Positions 1-7,886 of a stretch of 64,000 bases of DNA are shown piece by piece. Each line of letters starts with the position of its first letter. Position 1 is the stretch's first letter. Location of the stretch: IMG/VR virus record IMGVR_UViG_3300029305_009042; one strand, given 5' to 3'. The position numbers were made by a program, and so were the translations under genes. The stretch comes from an uncultured virus (IMG/VR IMGVR_UViG_3300029305_009042) (lineage: Duplodnaviria; Heunggongvirae; Uroviricota; Caudoviricetes). Below the pieces are notes generated by a model. The model was not told where the DNA came from and did no database searches. It was given only the letters and a program-made list of their open reading frames with translations.

Positions 1-70
1 TCCTGAAAAAAATAGAAAAACAAAAACTCCGTATTTATTACACCCCCGGAGGACTGGGGTCTCGCGAAGG

Positions 71-1327
71 TTACTCTTTCGAGTCACCCTCAAACAACTT
101 GATCGCCAGGCGCGCGGCATCCAGCGCGTCAAGAATCGTACCCCAGAGGGCATAATCCTCTTGACACTCTATCGCGGCGGGTAGACCGGTCTCCCGGACC
201 AGCTCCCCTTCTATCTTGTTGTGCCATTCTTTCGGGAACGGCACTTTAACCGGCGCCCCTGGCTCCGGGCTTGACGGTACACCGCGGATCCGCCAGGCGC
301 CAAGATACCAATCGATCACGAACTTCGCCTTCGCGAAGTTTGCCAGGATTGGCTCCCAGCCCTTAAGTCCCGGGGGAATTTTCTGGACGTCGTCGTCCCG
401 AAGATCCGCAAGGGCATCCTCCGTAAACAATTCCGGTTCATAAATCGAACCGGAGTTGTGTACCATCCAACGGGCTGCCCGCCACGCGTCCGCTTCCGTC
501 AGCCAGATAGACAGGAAGCCAGACGCGTGGCAAAATATACCGCCAGGAAGTCCGGAGGCTTCCGAGAGGGCTTCGTTGCGAAGTCCTCGCCAGGACGCCG
601 GGTGCGGAATCTTTTGTTCCGTCACCCGGTCCGCCGCGGGTGGTACGGCTTGCACCGACCATCCACCGGATAAAGCCGGATAGATCACGAATTTCGTGAT
701 CTTACCGGACAAACGGTCCTTCCAGCCGGACAACCCGGCGGGGATCCGGACGATCTCCTCGTCCGGAATATCCTCCAGGACGTACTGGGCCCTGTCGACG
801 CACCGAGCTTGATTGATACAAGCCTCCAGCACCTTCTCCGCCAAGGCCACGGCCTCGGCGAAGCAAGTATCTTCGAAATCCTGGTCCGGGACCGCGTCCC
901 AGCCAGGGTTCATATGCCTGACTACACCCAATAAATTGGTGCCCTGGCTGGGCAGTCCATTGTCCTCCCGACAAATCGGAAGGAAGAGGGTCTCTTCCAT
1001 CCACCGCCTTCCCGCCGGTCCGACGCCGAACCGGCGAGTGAAGACCTCCTGAAAGAAGGGGTCGACCCACAAACGGGATGCCCCGCAATGCGGGGCGTCA
1101 TACTCCTCCCACCGCGGGCGCGGCACGGAGTGGTGGTCGTATGGACCACCACCAACATCCACCGCGAAGGCACCGTCCGGGACGTGCCGGGTCCGCTTCC
1201 AGCAAACGCTGGGCAGCACCGCCTTCACCAGTGCTACAGCCAGAACGTCATCAGCATGGAATCCGCCATTATGAATGTACATAATGGCTTTCTTATTAAA
1301 ACTCTTAGCGAATTCAGAATACAACAT
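71..1327 (-). CDS. MYG1 (UPF0160) family DHH-type exonuclease with duplicated C-terminal domain
   Basis: Motifs HNGGFHADDVLAVAL, VDVGGGPYDHH and FCHASGF are typical of MYG1; RBS (AGGAGA) precedes the start. Confidence 0.85.
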   Translation of the reverse strand: MLYSEFAKSFNKKAIMYIHNGGFHADDVLAVALVKAVLPSVCWKRTRHVPDGAFAVDVGGGPYDHHSVPRPRWEEYDAPHCGASRLWVDPFFQEVFTRRFGVGPAGRRWMEETLFLPICREDNGLPSQGTNLLGVVRHMNPGWDAVPDQDFEDTCFAEAVALAEKVLEACINQARCVDRAQYVLEDIPDEEIVRIPAGLSGWKDRLSGKITKFVIYPALSGGWSVQAVPPAADRVTEQKIPHPASWRGLRNEALSEASGLPGGIFCHASGFLSIWLTEADAWRAARWMVHNSGSIYEPELFTEDALADLRDDDVQKIPPGLKGWEPILANFAKAKFVIDWYLGAWRIRGVPSSPEPGAPVKVPFPKEWHNKIEGELVRETGLPAAIECQEDYALWGTILDALDAARLAIKLFEGDSKE

Positions 1328-1383
1328 ATTTTTCTCCTTAAAATTACACGGAGCGCCCTACGCGCCTCCGCTAAATGAAAACG

Positions 1384-1408
1384 AAAAAAACCCGGCACAC
1401 TGCCGGGT
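1384..1408 (-). terminator. Rho-independent terminator
   Basis: ACCCGGCA/TGCCGGGT hairpin followed by a T-run on the minus strand. Confidence 0.7.
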
Positions 1409-1424
1409 CTACTTATCCTTATCC

Positions 1425-2015
1425 TTATTCTTCTGTTCTATCCCGGATCTCCGGTTCATGCCGGAAAATACCCGGGTACTCGTTCCGGAGTTGTTCCTCC
1501 GTCGCGAGTATCCAAAGCCGGAACCGCCCCGGCTCACGGGCAACACAGTATTCAGTCTGAGCCTTCAAGAGGACCCAGGCTGTACTGTATTGCCGATGAT
1601 CATACGGGACCTTATACATATCCCATACGATCTGCGCCTCCAGAGGAAAGAGGCGCAGCGTGCCCGCGTCGCGGCAAAGCGACGACAAGCACAGAGTTCC
1701 TGTCATCGGGTCAAACTTCTCTAAAACTCCCGTCTTAGAGTCGTAGACCCAATAGTAGCTTTCCGGCCGCGTTTCCAGCAGCCAGAGTGTATAATTCAGC
1801 ACCCTGTCCCGGAGCCGGTCATCCTCCTCTGCGGAGTATTCCAGCCCCACCCTATTCAGACAGGCTACGAACCAATTTAACTGCCATACCTCGTCCGTAA
1901 CAGCCGGCACCGTGGCTTGAACCGGCTGCGGCTCCGCCGTCCAGAAGAACGGCAGAGCCACTAACAGCATCAGATGGAAAAAGAAGGACCGGATCACCCC
2001 AGACCTCCTTTCCAC
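1425..2015 (-). CDS. Hypothetical protein with N-terminal hydrophobic/signal segment
   Basis: 196-aa ORF in the dominant orientation with a hydrophobic N-terminus. Confidence 0.6.
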   Translation of the reverse strand: MERRSGVIRSFFFHLMLLVALPFFWTAEPQPVQATVPAVTDEVWQLNWFVACLNRVGLEYSAEEDDRLRDRVLNYTLWLLETRPESYYWVYDSKTGVLEKFDPMTGTLCLSSLCRDAGTLRLFPLEAQIVWDMYKVPYDHRQYSTAWVLLKAQTEYCVAREPGRFRLWILATEEQLRNEYPGIFRHEPEIRDRTEE

Positions 2016-2380
2016 TCAGGATGCCACGGATCCGGCTGCGGCGCCGGAGGGGGTCCAATCAGAATTTGGATCCGTTCTTCCGGATCCATCTTCCGCACCG
2101 GGCTCTCTTTCTCCGGCGCTGGAGGCAGCCCGAGCATTGTGCGGACCAATTCGTCCGTCACAACTCTCGCCTCCTTATTTTTCTTTGCCGGCTCCTCCCG
2201 CGGCGGGTTGCCAGCGACGATCCGCCCGAGATCATCGGGCAGAACTTTTTCTTTTTTTACCGGCTTCTCCCGCGGCGGGTTGCCAGCAATAATCCGCCCA
2301 ATACCCTTAGGAAACTCGCCAGCAGTAACAGTAACAGTAGACGCCAAAAGAATACCCATAAACACAACTACTCTTTTCAT
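1994..2380 (-). CDS. Secreted hypothetical protein with internal repeats
   Basis: Signal-peptide-like N-terminus; GRI(I/V)AGNPPRE occurs twice; RBS present. Confidence 0.65.
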   Translation of the reverse strand: MKRVVVFMGILLASTVTVTAGEFPKGIGRIIAGNPPREKPVKKEKVLPDDLGRIVAGNPPREEPAKKNKEARVVTDELVRTMLGLPPAPEKESPVRKMDPEERIQILIGPPPAPQPDPWHPEWKGGLG

Positions 2381-2433
2381 ACTTTCTCCTTCAAAAAAGC
2401 GATCATTTACAGCTCACCATAAGTTGCTCATGG

Positions 2434-2462
2434 TATATGCCTCAAAAACCTATGTTTTTAAG
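2434..2462 (-). promoter_or_regulatory. Recurrent phage promoter-like motif
   Basis: TATATGCCYCAAAA-N-TTTWTAAG, also at 14081-14109, 15153-15180 and 19468-19496, always upstream of minus-strand genes. Confidence 0.55.
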
Positions 2463-2495
2463 TAAAAAAAAGAAGGGCATCCCTGCCCTTGCTGT

Positions 2496-2903
2496 TCAAC
2501 GCTTCCATGCCTCTTTCGGCAGCCAGTCCTCCAGCTCTTCCGGATAAAGGAGCCTGACCAGATCCGCGACTGTCTCCGCTATCGCCCGCTCGTAGGAATC
2601 GTTCCCCAGCGGACCCCCGTCCTGCGGCGTGACATACCAGGACGGGCGCATCTTCGAAGCCCATTCCCGAAGCCATCTCTTAAACGGCGACCCTTTCGCA
2701 TAGACCGCCCGGCTCTCGATAAGCTCCCTGACTGCCCATGCCAAAAAGTGCATCCGTTCCCCTCCCACGGTGAAGTTCTTCTTTTTCGACATGTATTTCA
2801 GGATCGCCTGCACCTGTTCCTGTTCCTTGCACGGCATCCCGCAGGCATACCCGTTGAATATCCGCGAGGGACTGCTCCTGTACTCATCCGCTGACAGTGT
2901 CAT
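2496..2903 (-). CDS. Hypothetical protein
   Basis: 135-aa ORF with RBS. Confidence 0.6.
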   Translation of the reverse strand: MTLSADEYRSSPSRIFNGYACGMPCKEQEQVQAILKYMSKKKNFTVGGERMHFLAWAVRELIESRAVYAKGSPFKRWLREWASKMRPSWYVTPQDGGPLGNDSYERAIAETVADLVRLLYPEELEDWLPKEAWKR

Positions 2904-3111
2904 CTTTAATCCTCCCCTGTTCCTTTGTCTGTGCGTGTGAAAGCGTCTCCCACAGGCAATGCAGCCCCATGCCCAGGTTTGCTTCCGCCATTATCTGCTC
3001 ATCTGAGCGCAGCTGCGCTCTCCTCAAGAAGACCAGACAGTCGTCGATCGTGTCCGCCGCAATAGCCAACCGGGCAAGCAGCTCCTCGACCGTGCTTCGT
3101 TTCGTGTCCAT
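2884..3111 (-). CDS. Hypothetical protein
   Basis: 75-aa ORF with strong RBS (AGGAGG). Confidence 0.6.
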   Translation of the reverse strand: MDTKRSTVEELLARLAIAADTIDDCLVFLRRAQLRSDEQIMAEANLGMGLHCLWETLSHAQTKEQGRIKDDTVSG

Positions 3112-3175
3112 AAAAACCTCCTTTTATTAATAACTCCTCTCTATGTTATGTAAAAACCGCCTGTCTGCAAGAGAT

Positions 3176-3204
3176 AAAAAAAGACCCGACAGGAATCGGG
3201 TCTT
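3176..3204 (-). terminator. Rho-independent terminator
   Basis: AAGACCCGA/TCGGGTCTT hairpin plus T-run, just downstream of the ORF ending at 3209. Confidence 0.7.
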
Positions 3205-3208
3205 AAAT

Positions 3209-4288
3209 CTACCGCTTAGCCGCCGGAGGCTTGACATTTCCCCGCACAGGCTCCCACTGTTTGCCACCAAGACTAACATTATCCGAGTACCGGGTCGGTG
3301 TCCCTATATTATAAAAATTGTCGTCGTCAGCCTGATCTGCCCTGCGCCTTCGTGTTCCATAGTCGTACGCGGTTCCGTCCCAACGCTCAATCTTCTTGCC
3401 GTCGTCTTCTTTATAAAACGAGTCCATATCGCGATCACCCGGGCCTGACCACACGGCACCAGTATTGAGAGGAGAAGGCATAATAAAGCCACGCGGACAC
3501 CACTTAAGCAGCGAGAGCGCTGTCTGCTCCGCTCCATCGCTTATAGCCCGCGGTGTTGTGGGTGCCACCCGTACCCCGTGATGCTTCGAATACCGCTCTA
3601 TAACTCCCAACGCATACGGCAGCTCATCCGGTGTAGTACGCAGCACAAACTCGTGGGTACCGTGGATACCTTCACCTGTCCATCCGCCGCCCGAAGGAAA
3701 CGTCCGATCCAGATAAGCTCTCTCCGAACGCGGTACAGGATACAAGCCGGTCTGCGGAGTGCCGTGATACCAGCGCGGCCGTGTCGGATCCAGTTTCTTA
3801 TCCTCCGCCCACAGCTTCCGATAATACTCCCGCTGTGCCCTCTCTGCTGCAGCCCGCCACGCCTCTTCTGCCTGCTGTGTCCCCTCCACTAAAGAAGCAG
3901 GATCCCGTAGATACCTGTTCTGCGCCTCCGTCTCCTTTGTTATAAGCGCCGCAAACTTGCGGCCCGGACCTGTAACAGATCCAGGAACCTGACGCACAGG
4001 CGGAATGTACACCCTTTTCGGAGCCGGACCGCCCTGCGGACTGCGCGGGACCGGTACGGGTCCGATATTTCGCATGGAAGGCGGGACCCATCCCGGCGGA
4101 GGACCCGCCGCCGTCGGTCTGGCGTTCTGCCGCGCCAAAACATCCAGAGTGCTCATCCTCGGAGCCGGCACTGCCGCCGGATTCTTCACAGGACCCGCTG
4201 CCCGCTGTGCAGGACCCGGAGCAGGACCTGCTTCTTTCAGCATCCGCTCCGCCTGCGCGGCCTTATACAATAAATGAAAATTGATCAT
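3209..4288 (-). CDS. Hypothetical Pro/Ala-rich protein
   Basis: Long ORF; likely start MINFHLLY directly after the nrdD stop. Confidence 0.6.
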   Translation of the reverse strand: MINFHLLYKAAQAERMLKEAGPAPGPAQRAAGPVKNPAAVPAPRMSTLDVLARQNARPTAAGPPPGWVPPSMRNIGPVPVPRSPQGGPAPKRVYIPPVRQVPGSVTGPGRKFAALITKETEAQNRYLRDPASLVEGTQQAEEAWRAAAERAQREYYRKLWAEDKKLDPTRPRWYHGTPQTGLYPVPRSERAYLDRTFPSGGGWTGEGIHGTHEFVLRTTPDELPYALGVIERYSKHHGVRVAPTTPRAISDGAEQTALSLLKWCPRGFIMPSPLNTGAVWSGPGDRDMDSFYKEDDGKKIERWDGTAYDYGTRRRRADQADDDNFYNIGTPTRYSDNVSLGGKQWEPVRGNVKPPAAKR

Positions 4289-4296
4289 TGAATACC

Positions 4297-5940
4297 TCAG
4301 GTATCGTAAGGACACGTCTCGTGATCACCCGGGATGTAGCCGTGCACGGGACAAATACTGAATGTCGGCGTCAGGGAGAAATACGGCATACGGAAGTGCT
4401 CAAAGACCTTGCGGACCAGATTGCCCACTGTCTCCGGATCCTCGACCTGCTCGCCTATATAGGCATGAAAGACCGTTCCGCCGGTATAGGCGCACTGGAG
4501 TTCATCCTGATGCCGCAATGCCTCAAACAAGTCATCCGTGTAGCCGACCGGAAGCTGAGAGGAATTCGTGTAGTACGGCACCTCCGTTCCCGATGTGTAC
4601 ATTTCCGGATACCGGTCTCTGTCTTCCTTCGCAAGACGATACGAAGTTCCCTCGCCCGGGACACCTTCCAGATTATACAGGTGCCCTGTTTTTTCCTGAA
4701 ATTCCTGGAGGCGTTCCCGGATCATTTCCAGGACCTCCAGTGCAAAAGCGCGTCCTTCTTCTGTCTCGATCCCCTTTCCCAGGAAGTTCATGCACATCTC
4801 GTGCATCCCGATCGTGCCGATGGTATGGAAGTGATTATCCAGCGTACCAAGGTAGATCTTGGAATAAGGCATCAGCCCGTTCTCGAAGTTCTTCGACACT
4901 TCCCCGCGCTTAAGTTCCAGAGCCTGCATGGCACTGTCCAGCAGGGATCCCAGCCGTGCCCTGAAGTCCTCCTTATCCTTCGCGAGATACCCGATCCGCG
5001 GCAGGTTCAGCGTCACTACGCCAATGCTTCCTGTCTTGTCGCCGGAGCCGAACAGTCCGCCTCCCTTATGGCGAAGATCCTTGAGGGAAAGCTGAAGACG
5101 GCAGCACATGCTGCGCACTTCACTGGGGTCCCGGTCGGAACTGATGAAATTCTGGAAATACGGCAGCCCGTACTTGCCCGTAGCTAAAAATAAAAGCCGG
5201 GCATTCTCATCCTTCCAGTCAAAATCAGGCGTCATGCTGTACGTCGGGATGGGGAAGGAAAAGATGCGCCCGTCGGCGTCCCCTTCAAGCATCACTTCCA
5301 GAAAAGCGCGGTTGATCATCGCCATCTCTTCCGGGAAATCCCCATACGTCCACTCGTCGTGAGGTTCCCCGCCAATAATGACCGGCGTGTCCTTCAGGTC
5401 CTTCGGACAGTTCCAGTCCAGCGTTACGTTGGTGAAACTCGCCTGCCCAAGACGCATTCCGGTGTTAAGCATGAACACGAACCGCTGAATATCCTGCCGG
5501 ACCTGCTCATACGTCAGGTTGTCCGCACGGACGAACGGAGCCAGAAAGGTATCGAAGGAGTTGATCGCCTGCGCTCCCGCCCACTCACCCTGCAATGTGA
5601 TCAGGAAGTTCATCAGCTGGGCAAGTATGGAATCCAGATGCTTCGCAGGCGCACTCCTCAAGCGTCCCGGTCCGCCCTCAAAACCCTTCAGGAGAATATC
5701 CATGAACGACCAGCCCGCACAGTAGGGAACAATGCCGTTGGAAAGGTCGTGGATGTGCATACTGCCGTCCCGATGCAGGTCCGCTATCTCTTTCGGATAT
5801 ACATTCTCCAGGGTATGCTCCGCGATCGCCGCCCCGGCAACGTGGCTGATCAGACTCTGATAACAGTAATTGGAATTGGCATTCTCCTGAATGCGCCAGT
5901 CTCTCTTTCCGAGATACTCTTCTACTCTGTCTTTGGACAT
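4297..5940 (-). CDS. nrdD: Class III (anaerobic) ribonucleoside-triphosphate reductase, without ATP cone or C-terminal glycyl-radical motif
   Basis: HIHDLS, YCAGWS, GEWAGAQA, SMCCRLQL, GSIGVVTLNLPR, PGEGTSYRLA, YTGGTVFH and SLTPTFSICPVHGY motifs. Confidence 0.93.
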   Translation of the reverse strand: MSKDRVEEYLGKRDWRIQENANSNYCYQSLISHVAGAAIAEHTLENVYPKEIADLHRDGSMHIHDLSNGIVPYCAGWSFMDILLKGFEGGPGRLRSAPAKHLDSILAQLMNFLITLQGEWAGAQAINSFDTFLAPFVRADNLTYEQVRQDIQRFVFMLNTGMRLGQASFTNVTLDWNCPKDLKDTPVIIGGEPHDEWTYGDFPEEMAMINRAFLEVMLEGDADGRIFSFPIPTYSMTPDFDWKDENARLLFLATGKYGLPYFQNFISSDRDPSEVRSMCCRLQLSLKDLRHKGGGLFGSGDKTGSIGVVTLNLPRIGYLAKDKEDFRARLGSLLDSAMQALELKRGEVSKNFENGLMPYSKIYLGTLDNHFHTIGTIGMHEMCMNFLGKGIETEEGRAFALEVLEMIRERLQEFQEKTGHLYNLEGVPGEGTSYRLAKEDRDRYPEMYTSGTEVPYYTNSSQLPVGYTDDLFEALRHQDELQCAYTGGTVFHAYIGEQVEDPETVGNLVRKVFEHFRMPYFSLTPTFSICPVHGYIPGDHETCPYDT

Positions 5941-7082
5941 GCTTTCTCCTGATTATGGTAAAGGGCCATTCCTTCGTTATGTATATTAATAGCGGCATTG
6001 ATGTCCCGGTCGTGCTTTCTGCCGCACTGCGGGCAGGTCCACTCCCTGTCGCTTAATGTCAGCTCCGTATTCTTAAACCCGCAGCAGGAACAGAGTTTCG
6101 AAGACGGGAACATCCTGTCTATCTGTATGATGGTCTTTCCCGCGGCTTCCGCAAGGTACGTCAGCTTCTGAATAAAGCTGTACAGAGCATATTCGCCGAT
6201 CTTCCTGCCGAAACTGCGGCTCATCCCCTGAAGGTTCAGCGTCTCGAAACAGATTATATCATACTTCTCCAAAAGACGGTTACTCAGCTCCCACTGAAAA
6301 TGCTCCCGCTGATGCCGGATCTTGCGGTGAAGTCTCGCTATTTTAAGCCTCATTGCCTCCCGCTTATTAGATCTCCGCTCCTTTCCGGCAAACTGCTTCT
6401 GGAGCTTCGCCAGCTCCTTGAGCGACTCCCTGAAATACTGCGGCGCCTCAAAGGAAGAACCATCACTGCCTGTCAGGAAAGTCTTGATCCCGAAGTCAAA
6501 ACCGACGGAACGCCCATAGTTTGGCATCTGCTCCGTCCGTGTCTCGTCTACCGTCAGGGATACCCAGAAATCACCGCAGGCGTCCCGTGTGACTGTCATC
6601 GTCTTCACCTGTCCTGTCCACTGCTGATTACGGAAGTAGCGATACCTTGTCTTTCCTACCCGGATCTGATCGTCAGGAAGTACAGCCGCGCCTTTGCCCG
6701 GCTGAAAAAAGAGCGTGCCGTACTCGCGAACACGCTGGAACTTCGGAGGCGACGCTCTGCGCTTCTGCTTCAGGTTTCTGAAAAACTGATTGTAGGAAAG
6801 ACGGATGCGCTTGTGAATGTTACACAGGGTGTCGCGAGGTATCGCGTCATACTTCCGAATATTCCCGTTCCCCCTCGCCTTCGCGCGTTTCCGGGTTTCC
6901 GTCAAATAATAAGACAGCGCGTACTGCTTATGGTCCACAAAAATGTTCCTGCCGGTCCTGCGGTAATAAAGCCGGCAGATCCTGATACAGCGGTTATAGT
7001 ACTTTCCGCACAAATACATCATATCCGACAGCTGCCTCCGCTCCTTCGCCTTGGTATAGAGCTTGAATCGATAACCGCGCAT
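5922..7082 (-). CDS. tnpB: TnpB-family RNA-guided endonuclease (IS200/IS605 OrfB-like), CRISPR-associated
   Basis: N-terminal YRFKLY; RuvC-I GFDFG, RuvC-II CFETL, zinc finger CSCC/CPQC and RuvC-III DRDINAAINI with D-E-D intact; RBS (AGGAGA) before MRGYRF gives 386 aa. Confidence 0.93.
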   Translation of the reverse strand: MRGYRFKLYTKAKERRQLSDMMYLCGKYYNRCIRICRLYYRRTGRNIFVDHKQYALSYYLTETRKRAKARGNGNIRKYDAIPRDTLCNIHKRIRLSYNQFFRNLKQKRRASPPKFQRVREYGTLFFQPGKGAAVLPDDQIRVGKTRYRYFRNQQWTGQVKTMTVTRDACGDFWVSLTVDETRTEQMPNYGRSVGFDFGIKTFLTGSDGSSFEAPQYFRESLKELAKLQKQFAGKERRSNKREAMRLKIARLHRKIRHQREHFQWELSNRLLEKYDIICFETLNLQGMSRSFGRKIGEYALYSFIQKLTYLAEAAGKTIIQIDRMFPSSKLCSCCGFKNTELTLSDREWTCPQCGRKHDRDINAAINIHNEGMALYHNQEKACPKTE

Positions 7083-7128
7083 TGTCACATCTCCTAAAAA
7101 AAATAAGCGCTTCCGCGCCATGTCTCTC

Positions 7129-7151
7129 AAAAAAAACAGTCCATCAGGACT
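7129..7151 (-). terminator. Terminator between the CRISPR array and tnpB
   Basis: Minus strand reads AGTCC-TGAT-GGACT followed by GTTTTTTTT. Confidence 0.55.
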
Positions 7152-7299
7152 CAGGCAGTTATCCGAGGATCCTGGATAACTGAAAGAAAACGGAAACCAT
7201 GCCCGCGTATTGGCTCCGCCAGCTTACGGCAGACAGCGGAGACCTCGGCCCGGGCACAGACTTCATTTGGGAGGCGGCGCGTCTTGCGTCACTTCCCCC

Positions 7300-7633
7300 A
7301 AAAAAACCAACTCCCGCACGGGCTTCACTTTCGTTACACTTTTCTTTTCCTCTTATGGTTAGAAACCCCAACTCACGCGCGGGCTTCACACATTGGCGTG
7401 GCTGTCCTTCAAAAAGGGTGTAGAAACCCCAACTCACGCGCGGGCTTCACCCGCAGGGTATCGACGAGGGCCACGGCTCTACAGAAACCCCAACTCACGC
7501 GCGGGCTTCACCTCGACCAAAGGGGGAAGAGAAAAACGGATCCAGAAACCCCAACTCACGCGCGGGCTTCACCCGCTCTGGCTCTCTTCATGAATACCAG
7601 CCTTGGAAACCCCAACTCACGCGCGGGCTTCAC
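7300..7633 (-). CRISPR. CRISPR array: 6 repeats (29 bp) and 5 spacers (32 bp)
   Basis: AGAAACCCCAACTCACGCGCGGGCTTCAC at 7361, 7422, 7483, 7544 and 7605 (first base G), plus a degenerate copy at 7300 with 5 mismatches; exact 61-bp period; unique spacers. Orientation inferred from the degenerate trailer and the terminator. Confidence 0.95.
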
Positions 7634-7679
7634 ACCAGTATATTGTATCTTTACCCTTTGCGTCACGCAGTATATTGGG

Positions 7680-7795
7680 GCGGTCCCTTTTTTGGGACCC
7701 GCACGCGCCTCAAGGGCGCTTCCAGGCTCAAACGGCGTCTGCCTGCCGAAGCAGGTCTTACATCGCCTAACCTGAGAGACCGCGTTCGACCTCTT
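7680..7795 (-). ncRNA. omegaRNA-like scaffold / putative tracrRNA
   Basis: Minus strand CAGGTTAGGCGATGTAAGACCTGCTTCGGCAGGCAGACGCCGTTTGAGCCTGGAAGC resembles IS605 TnpB omegaRNA cores (GATGTAAGAC...GTTTGA...GAA) with nested stems; 7723-7697 is complementary to the CRISPR repeat. Confidence 0.7.
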
Positions 7796-7886
7796 TACTT
7801 ATCTGATAAAGAAACCATTTCCGAAAGCAAGCAGAAAATGCAGAATTATGCTAAAATCTTCAGAATCTAAAATAAAGGAGGATTTT

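Noticed and set aside
5922..7130. Intact IS200/IS605 or IS607 transposon
   Set aside because: No tnpA or serine recombinase nearby, and tnpB runs straight into nrdD with no right-end hairpin.
7083..7130. Longer tnpB start at 7130 from the ORF track
   Set aside because: The RBS and the family-typical N-terminus support the ATG at 7082.
7159..7870. ORFs across the CRISPR array and scaffold
   Set aside because: Their translations just mirror the repeats (ETPTHARAS, RNPNSRAGF); the region is better explained as non-coding RNA.
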